From Chloroflexota bacterium (GTDB lineage: Bacteria; Chloroflexota; Anaerolineae; Anaerolineales; Villigracilaceae), in assembly GCA_013388685.1 (NCBI GenBank), contig JACAET010000048.1, positions 17,552 through 81,551 of the forward strand: a stretch of DNA of 64,000 nt. The letters are read 5' to 3'. Both the position numbers and the translations under genes were made by a program. Of the stretch, positions 57,464 through 64,000 are shown piece by piece. The notes beneath the pieces were generated by a model. That model had not been told where the DNA came from. It did not search any database and saw only the letters and a list, made by a program, of their open reading frames with translations. The stretch's first letter is position 1, and every line of letters starts with the position of its first letter.

Positions 57464-58246
57464 CTATACCTCCACCTGGATGGCGCTTCCCGATTCATAC
57501 CGCCTCAACCCCGACCTGAAAACGGTCACCGCCAGCCCAAGCAGAAGCGCCGCCCCCAGCAGGAGCTGCGCCAGCGTTTGCCAGGTGGCGGCGCGGATGT
57601 ACTCGGCTGGCACGGCTCCCATCAGCGCGGCGGGAATGACCGTGAAAAGGATGAGTTTGGCGTAGTTATCGAAGAGCGTGATGGGATAGATGCCGAAGGT
57701 GAGCAGGGCATTGATCATCAAGTTGGTGAAACTCGAGACGATTCCCACCCAAAACGCCAGGCTGTTGACCAGAATCAAGAACGAGGCAAACACCACCGCC
57801 GCCAGCAGGATGGCGAGGATGAAGCGCAGAAGTCCGTCCCAGGTGAACTGCCCCGAAAGCGCATAACTGATGAAGCCATAGGTGAAATCGCCCAAGCCGC
57901 TGGTGATCATGCGGCTGGCGACAGCATGAAGCAGGACAGGGCGGGGGAGCGAGAGGTAGTAATCGAGCCGCCCGTTGTTGATGATGTCGCCGAGGACAAA
58001 GGCATTGCCGAAGAACAGCGAAACCAGCCCAAACGCGCTGGCAAGCACCCCAAAGGTGACGTACATCTCGCTGGCGCCCCAGCCGCGCACGTCCTTGAAG
58101 CGGTCGAAGAAGATGAGCCAGATGGCAAAATAGATGAAGTTGTTGAGCATCATCCCGACGACCTGCGTCAGGAACGAGACCCGGTATTCCATCACGGATT
58201 GCAGGTTTGCCTTCCAGAGGGCGAGGAGGAATTCGAGGTGTTTCAT
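57464..58246 (-). CDS. ABC-2 family transporter permease (DUF990-like)
   Basis: YRVSFL, NGRLDYYLSLPRP and RYESGS; about 6 TM segments. Confidence 0.88.
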   Translation of the reverse strand: MKHLEFLLALWKANLQSVMEYRVSFLTQVVGMMLNNFIYFAIWLIFFDRFKDVRGWGASEMYVTFGVLASAFGLVSLFFGNAFVLGDIINNGRLDYYLSLPRPVLLHAVASRMITSGLGDFTYGFISYALSGQFTWDGLLRFILAILLAAVVFASFLILVNSLAFWVGIVSSFTNLMINALLTFGIYPITLFDNYAKLILFTVIPAALMGAVPAEYIRAATWQTLAQLLLGAALLLGLAVTVFRSGLRRYESGSAIQVEV

Positions 58247-59050
58247 TTATCCTCCATTCACCGTGAGGTACGCCACCCCGCGTCTGTAGGACAGAGCGAG
58301 GATGGCTCCAAGCGCTGCAATCCACACCGCCTGCATGGACAACACATTTCCGAGCAGTTCCATCGAAGGGTCCACGAATAACTTCGATGGTCCGTAAATC
58401 ATGTAGGCAAACGGTAAAGACTTTGCAATCGTTTGCAGCCAGTTCGGGTAAAAATCGAGCGGAATGAGAAACCCGCCGAGGATGAAAATGAATTTCTGGT
58501 AAATCCACATGAACGGCGAGACCTCCTCCACGAGGAACGCCGAGAGCCCAATCAGGCAGGTGATGCAAAAGTTCATGATCCACGTGCCGAGCAGGGCAAG
58601 GGTGGCAAACGTCCAGCCCTGAAGCGCGGGCGGCGCTCCCACCAGCCACCAGACCACGACACCGCCAAAGAGTGCATTCATCGCCGCGCGGAAGACCGTC
58701 TCGCCCATCGAGTTGCTGAACTGGTACAGCAGGAAGTTGTAGGGCTTGTTGAGGAGGTAGGCGATGGAGCCGTCTTTCACGTTCTCTGAGATCGTCCGCG
58801 CGAGCTGCGGGCGGCTGAGTTCGATGGTTTCCGCCATCATCAGATACCACATGGTGCTGTAGAGGGTCATGCCGTTGATCACGTCGGTCTCTGCCGCGTT
58901 GAACGTGACCTTCCATAATTGGTAGAAGATCCACATGAACGGCACGATCATCACGCTCCGCCCGATGAGTTCGCCGGGGTAGGCAAGTGAGTTGATGAGG
59001 GTGATCTGGAAGATTGCCCAATATTTGCGAAGAGAATTCATCATATCCAT
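58247..59050 (-). CDS. ABC-2 family transporter permease (partner; start may be 59044)
   Basis: LAYPGE, DGSIAYLLNKP, GGFLIPLDFYP and LTVNGG. Confidence 0.88.
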   Translation of the reverse strand: MDMMNSLRKYWAIFQITLINSLAYPGELIGRSVMIVPFMWIFYQLWKVTFNAAETDVINGMTLYSTMWYLMMAETIELSRPQLARTISENVKDGSIAYLLNKPYNFLLYQFSNSMGETVFRAAMNALFGGVVVWWLVGAPPALQGWTFATLALLGTWIMNFCITCLIGLSAFLVEEVSPFMWIYQKFIFILGGFLIPLDFYPNWLQTIAKSLPFAYMIYGPSKLFVDPSMELLGNVLSMQAVWIAALGAILALSYRRGVAYLTVNGG

Positions 59051-59090
59051 GTAACTTTACCGCTTCCGCCCTTTACGCGGCTGGGCTGAT

Positions 59091-59125
59091 AAAAGCGTCC
59101 CAAAGAGTTCAACTCTTTGAGACGC
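59091..59125 (-). terminator. Intrinsic terminator after the SET gene
   Basis: GCGTCTCAAAGAGTT-G-AACTCTTTGGGACGC followed by TTTT on the minus strand. Confidence 0.65.
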
Positions 59126-59135
59126 CTGTCGTCGC

Positions 59136-59621
59136 TTATGCCGTCTGCAATTTTTTCAGGTGCAGTTCGGTGTTTTCCAGCAGTTCGATCATATATTCCC
59201 GGATATGTTTGTTCAGGAAGTGATGCTCGAGGGTGGAAAGCGGCAGAAAGCGCGCGCCCGCCACCACATGGATGCAGTTCGACGCGCCGCACAGACAAAT
59301 GAATGGCGCGTCCATTTCCCACTCCGTTGAGGGGTAGAAGAACGAGAGCTCCTCGCCCTTCTCGATGTCTTTGCAGGCGTACATCAGGAGATGTTCGGTA
59401 TCCAGGATCACGTTGGGGTCGCAGGAGTGATTCAACGCCGCCAGTTTGCCGACGTCGGTATGCTTATCGCGGTCAATTTGAACGGTGAAGCGATTCGGTT
59501 TATTGACGATCTTCTCCGTGGGGATGGCGCAGATCGCCTCACCTTTTTTGTATGCCTGTTTCGTCACCAAACTTCTGAATTTGTTTTCCGTTTTGATGAC
59601 GAGCGTTTCCATCGAAGCCAT
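59136..59621 (-). CDS. SET plus post-SET domain protein (putative protein-lysine methyltransferase)
   Basis: LNHSCDPN, DIEKGEELSFFY and post-SET CLCGASNC. Confidence 0.88.
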   Translation of the reverse strand: MASMETLVIKTENKFRSLVTKQAYKKGEAICAIPTEKIVNKPNRFTVQIDRDKHTDVGKLAALNHSCDPNVILDTEHLLMYACKDIEKGEELSFFYPSTEWEMDAPFICLCGASNCIHVVAGARFLPLSTLEHHFLNKHIREYMIELLENTELHLKKLQTA

Positions 59622-59746
59622 AACTCTATTCCTTTCTCCTCTTGAAGAAATAAGTTTGGTAACAGTATAACGAGAATGAAAATAATTGCAAGAGCATCTG
59701 CCATGAAAACGAAAATTTTAATAAAGAGCCTGCGGATGCATTTCGA

Positions 59747-62101
59747 TTACGCGCCCGGCATGTTGCGAAGGAGGATCGAAAGCAGTCGCGCGCGCAGCAA
59801 TTGCACGCGGAGGCGCTTCCAGACGCGCCAGGCGCGTGCCGCGTCCTGCCTGCCGGTTCGGCGATTGGCGAACAGGGAGGCGTGATACATCTCCGTCAAC
59901 GCGAAGGCGTTGGCGATCATCTGTGCGGACAGTTTCGCGGTCGAGGCGCGGCGATCCCACGCGGCAAGCCTGCCGATGAATTTGCGCAGAAACTCCGATG
60001 AGGTTTCGGCGCGCGTCCATGCCCCGGCAAACGGACGCGCCATGCCGTAAAAGCGTTGATAGAGCAGATGGATGGCGGCTTCGGGCGCGAGACGCATCGC
60101 CAGCCAGCGTTCCACAAACGCATAATATACAACGGCAAGGGTCAGCAAACCCAGCAGGGGCGAAGCCCAAACGAATATCCGTTCCGCGCGAAAACGGGTC
60201 AGCAGTCTGGCGGCGGATTCGTCGTTTGCGGGGTTCTCCGAGGCGAAGGCGCGCGACTCATCCCGTTCGATTTCCGGCAGTGACGCGGTCGGTTCGAATT
60301 CGACCCAGCCGATTTCCGAAAAATAGACCTCCGCCCACGAATGCGCATCCTTCTCTCGAATGACGTATCGGGTGTTGGGCGCATCGTATATGCCGGGGGC
60401 ATAACCGGAGACGAACCGCGCGGGCAGTCCGCTGGCGCGCGCCAGCACCACCATGGCAGTGGCGTAGTAGTCGCAATACCCCCTTTGCAATTCGAACAGG
60501 AAGTAATCCGCCACGTCGCGATTCACGGGCGGAGAAGGGACGGCAAGATCATACGGATACTTCGCGCGCAGGTGAGTTTCGATGGCTTTGGCTTTCTCGT
60601 AGGGATTCGACAGCCCGCCGGTAATCTCTTCAGCCAGATCGAAGACCCGCTGCGGCACGGAACGCGGAAGATGGAGATAGAGCAGGCGAATGTCTTCGGG
60701 ATAGTGCGCCGGGGCGGCGCGCAGGTTGTCGAGCGTGGGGGCGGGAACATAGACAGAAGCCTCGTATTCCGCCGCGGATGCAGCGGCGGAGTACATATCG
60801 GCGAGGAGCAGGGCTTCCTGGTCAGCGAACAGGTTCGAGGTCGGTCTGACGCGCCAGCCGATTGTGAGGGGAATGTTCGCGCGGAAGAGGATGCCGCTCC
60901 AGACGAGAACGCCGTCCGGTTTGGCTTTCTCTACCTCCAGCTGCACAAGGCGGTATCCGCTCAACAATCCGGGCAGGAGCGGTGTATCGGGCGGAAAGGT
61001 TTGGTCGAACGATGCGCTGGTTGTCCATCCCGATCCGGCATACTTGTCGTACATGGCATTTCGCCAATAATACCGCCGCGCTTCTGCGGGCGGCGACGCG
61101 CCTGCTGCAGGCGGTAATTCGCCCGTGCGGATGTACATCACAACCGTTTCCGAGTTTGCGCTGGCGCTGTTCAACAGGTGTTCGCGCGGCAGTGACGGCT
61201 GCTGTGCCCCGCCTGCCGCATTCGGTTTGCCCGGGGGCTGTTGGATGCCGAGCATCTCGGCGGTTTCGTTTTGCCCGCGCCAGTTACGCATGTCCTCGAG
61301 AAGTTCGCGCCAGGAAACGGACGGCGCAACGAACGCCAGCCCGCCGAAGACAAGGGTCAGGACGAGCACCGCCTGCGTGGTATCAATGCCGATGCTTTCC
61401 GAGTAATCCATGCGCTGAGTCAACCATCGCAACGTGTGATCGCGGTAGTTCCATGTTCCCATCAGCAGGAGCAGGAGCACCGTCATCAGCCACAACGTGA
61501 AGGAGCGGTACTCGCTGTAGGAAATGACGGCGGCAAGCAGGGATAGGGCGGGAAGAAATGCCGTTACGGCTTTGCGCCGTTCCGCGAACCAGCCCATCCA
61601 TGCCGCGCACAACCACAGCAGCAACGTCCATGCCATGTTGCGGACGAGGGCGTCGTTGATGATGACATTCCGGTCGAGTCCGAGCCTCCAGGTTTGCAGG
61701 CGCGTTGCCAGCGCCGAGGACGATTCCAGGATAACCCTCCACGCTGCGCGCAGCGCGTCCAGATCAACCTCCGCATTCGCGCCGATCGCCCATGCCCAAA
61801 GCGCGGCAAGGGCGGCTTTGCAGAGATCGAACAGGGGCTGGGGGAGACGCGCCCCCCAAACCCAGACGAGCAGGACGCCCAGCGCCGCCATCCACACCGA
61901 CGCCCGTATTCCGTTCCATCGGGCTTTTGCCAATCCGAAACCGATACCCGCAGCGGCGAGACAAACCCCCAAAAAGGATTCCGTTTCGGTGTTGCGCAGT
62001 GACGATGCGATACCGTAACCAAACGCCCACAACGCGAGCGCAACGCATTGCATGCCCAGCGCGTCCGCCGTCCACAATTTTTGCCACAGGCGCAGGATCA
62101 T
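59747..62101 (-). CDS. Membrane transglutaminase-like protein (TgpA type, DUF3488/DUF4129)
   Basis: Multi-TM N-terminus; GYCDYYATAM (Cys), HSWAEVY (His) and WVEFEPT. Start overlaps the DUF58 stop. Confidence 0.88.
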   Translation of the reverse strand: MILRLWQKLWTADALGMQCVALALWAFGYGIASSLRNTETESFLGVCLAAAGIGFGLAKARWNGIRASVWMAALGVLLVWVWGARLPQPLFDLCKAALAALWAWAIGANAEVDLDALRAAWRVILESSSALATRLQTWRLGLDRNVIINDALVRNMAWTLLLWLCAAWMGWFAERRKAVTAFLPALSLLAAVISYSEYRSFTLWLMTVLLLLLMGTWNYRDHTLRWLTQRMDYSESIGIDTTQAVLVLTLVFGGLAFVAPSVSWRELLEDMRNWRGQNETAEMLGIQQPPGKPNAAGGAQQPSLPREHLLNSASANSETVVMYIRTGELPPAAGASPPAEARRYYWRNAMYDKYAGSGWTTSASFDQTFPPDTPLLPGLLSGYRLVQLEVEKAKPDGVLVWSGILFRANIPLTIGWRVRPTSNLFADQEALLLADMYSAAASAAEYEASVYVPAPTLDNLRAAPAHYPEDIRLLYLHLPRSVPQRVFDLAEEITGGLSNPYEKAKAIETHLRAKYPYDLAVPSPPVNRDVADYFLFELQRGYCDYYATAMVVLARASGLPARFVSGYAPGIYDAPNTRYVIREKDAHSWAEVYFSEIGWVEFEPTASLPEIERDESRAFASENPANDESAARLLTRFRAERIFVWASPLLGLLTLAVVYYAFVERWLAMRLAPEAAIHLLYQRFYGMARPFAGAWTRAETSSEFLRKFIGRLAAWDRRASTAKLSAQMIANAFALTEMYHASLFANRRTGRQDAARAWRVWKRLRVQLLRARLLSILLRNMPGA

Positions 62102-63384
62102 TCCAGCCTCTTCCACTCTGCGGCGGGTTTCTTCACCGCGTGCGCCCTGCCGGTTGCTGAAATGCGCCATTCCCATTCGCCTTCGTGTCCGGGGCGCGCT
62201 TCGGGACGTTCGAACAGCTCACGTGCAATGACGTTGCATGCCGCTCCCAGCGAACGGATCCACGCGGCTGTGCGACCGATGTCCGCGCCTCCGCCGTAGT
62301 CGTTGATGTCGAGAAGAAACACTGTTGGCAGGATGCCGCGCCGCATCAGCGGCAGGAGCGATGGAGTCCAGTCTGCATTCGCGCAGGCGGTGACGATCAG
62401 CAGACTGCCGCGGTGTCGGAAGGCTTCGCCCGCCCTGTGCAAATATTCCTTCAGGCTCAACCCGGAGGGCGAAGCCACTGCCAGCGATTTCAGGAGGGAG
62501 CGCTGCTGGTATTCGTTGCGCCGCGGTACATGCCAGGCGGGCTCGGCGCCGTTGACGGCAAGACCGACCGCATGCTCCTCGCTCAGCCCCTGGGCGATGA
62601 GCGAGGCCGCCAGGATCACCCCATGTTCTTCGGTCGAGTTCCAGCCCGTGCCAAGTTGCGAACCGGCGTACAGATCGAGCAGAATCCACCAGTCACCCGC
62701 GTGCGTTCCCTCCATGGCGCGCACGTGGAAGGCGTTCCTGCGCGCGGTCGTCTTCCAGTGAATCCACTTCAGCGGGTCGCCGGGGACCATTTCACGCGTG
62801 TGCGAGGCGTTGAGGGTTTCTTCCGGCGTGCGCGGATGGGTTCGTCCTTCGCCCGTCCAGCCACCAGCAAGGATTTCGAAGCGCGGCAGTGGGATGACCG
62901 GCGGCATGACCGCCAGCGTGGACGAGGCGGAATCTTCGAGCGTGAGCGTGTAAATACCCAGCGGGTCGCCCGTTTCGAGCGTGGCGCCGCCGAGCATGAA
63001 TACACCGCGCCGCGTGCATTGCGTGAGGATCTTCCACTGGGAGACACTTTGACCGTCCACACCGGTGGCGACGGAGGCGCGGCAATCGGGCAGTGTGGAA
63101 TGGTCGTGGACTGCCACCCATGTTGCCGGAAGGGGGAACCGGTTGGTCAGCGTAAACCGTTCTTCGAGCCGGTCTCCCACCTGCGCCCAGCCGTATCGTA
63201 ATTCACGCTCGAACCGGAGCGAATGCGCCAGTCCGCGCACCCACCAGCGGCTGAACAGCCATGCCCCGCCGAGGGCAACCAGCAAAACCACCCAGGCGCG
63301 CGAGGGGTCCACGATCTGCATGACGGCGGCAGCCAGCGCGATGACGGGAAGCGTCTTCAGATTCAGCCGCAGGGTGGATTTCAC
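62098..63384 (-). CDS. DUF58 domain protein
   Basis: Two N-terminal TM segments, RRGVF, DPLG, REMVPGDPLKWIHWKTTAR and EHGVILAASL. GTG at 63384 lies 6 nt after TATAAT. Confidence 0.87.
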   Translation of the reverse strand: MKSTLRLNLKTLPVIALAAAVMQIVDPSRAWVVLLVALGGAWLFSRWWVRGLAHSLRFERELRYGWAQVGDRLEERFTLTNRFPLPATWVAVHDHSTLPDCRASVATGVDGQSVSQWKILTQCTRRGVFMLGGATLETGDPLGIYTLTLEDSASSTLAVMPPVIPLPRFEILAGGWTGEGRTHPRTPEETLNASHTREMVPGDPLKWIHWKTTARRNAFHVRAMEGTHAGDWWILLDLYAGSQLGTGWNSTEEHGVILAASLIAQGLSEEHAVGLAVNGAEPAWHVPRRNEYQQRSLLKSLAVASPSGLSLKEYLHRAGEAFRHRGSLLIVTACANADWTPSLLPLMRRGILPTVFLLDINDYGGGADIGRTAAWIRSLGAACNVIARELFERPEARPGHEGEWEWRISATGRAHAVKKPAAEWKRLE

Positions 63385-63521
63385 GATTCGATTATATGAC
63401 AAACGACCCTGCCCGAACGACCGGGGGATCCACCGCCCATCCTGCGGAGGCGCGTGATGTCCGTCTGCGGTACACTGCCCCTACTTGGTTCATTTGCCCA
63501 AACGTGATATAAGGAGATGAC

Positions 63522-64000
63522 ATGTCCAACCCTCTGACCGATTTCTCGAATGCGCTGACCGCCGCCGTTGAAAAAGGCGGCGCAAGCACCGTCCTCGTGG
63601 ATGCGCGAAAGCGTTACCCTGCCAGCGGCATCGCTTTTGCGGAAGACCTCGTCCTCACCGCCGACCACGTGGTGACGCGCGAAGACAATATCAAGGTGAC
63701 GTTAACCGGCGGACGCACTCTTGATGCGGCGCTGGCAGGACGCGACCCCGGTTCGGACCTTGCCCTGCTCCGCCTCGGCGAAAAAGCCCTGACCCCCGCC
63801 TCAACCTCCGACTCCGTCAAGGTGGCGCAGCTGGTGCTGGCGCTGGGGCGCCCCAGCAAGGCAGGCATACAAGCTTCATGGGGCATTGTCAGTGCCATCG
63901 GCGGACCGGCGCGCACACACCGCGGCGGCTTGCTCGACGAGTTCCTTCAGACCGAGACCACGCCCTACCCCGGCTTCTCCGGCGGACCGCTCGTCAACAC
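63522..64000 (+). CDS. S1C/HtrA-family serine protease (3' partial; absent from the ORF track because it has no stop in the window)
   Basis: Translated by hand: MSNPLTDFS...TADHVV (His)...DPGSDLALL (Asp)...PGFSGGPLVN (Ser). SD AAGGAG. Confidence 0.88.
   Translation, partial: MSNPLTDFSNALTAAVEKGGASTVLVDARKRYPASGIAFAEDLVLTADHVVTREDNIKVTLTGGRTLDAALAGRDPGSDLALLRLGEKALTPASTSDSVKVAQLVLALGRPSKAGIQASWGIVSAIGGPARTHRGGLLDEFLQTETTPYPGFSGGPLVN

Noticed and set aside
63400-63490. GC-rich intergenic segment as SRP or 6S RNA
   Set aside because: It lacks the SRP helix-8 CAGG...GGAAGGAAGCAG signature and the long end-to-end pairing of 6S. The CTGCCC copies are direct, not inverted.

Overview
Mostly housekeeping chromosome. 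The gene order and protein families suggest a Chloroflexota (Anaerolineae-like) bacterium; this is an inference. Core blocks are a liv-type ABC operon with an adjacent two-component system, mreBCD-mrdA-minCDE-rodA-gltX, tRNA-Arg(TCT), hsp20-lon, mog, efp, fabF-fabH, tatA and rpsO-pnp, plus a DUF58/transglutaminase pair and a partial S1C protease. The main accessory feature is a decayed integrative element at about 50182-53718. A large serine recombinase lies against a junction that cuts a yyaL-like gene exactly at its conserved YDVV|GGGF motif. The recombinase and a divergent RHS gene have both lost their 5' ends and meet at a 5-bp GTTGG junction (52166-52170). The RHS protein carries an unusual insert of about 365 aa (Thr/Pro linker, globular domain, Thr/Pro linker) inside its YD-repeat region. 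Other points of interest: an FHA/TPR-receptor/membrane Ser-Thr kinase operon; a PLP-enzyme cluster with a sphingosine-1-phosphate-lyase-like gene; a two-copy composite palindromic repeat; 11-bp-phased OmpR-type boxes upstream of the liv operon; several apparently leaderless genes; an Arg-tipped EF-P; and a SET-domain protein. No CRISPR array or rRNA was seen. All calls come from motif recognition by eye; no database searches were run.
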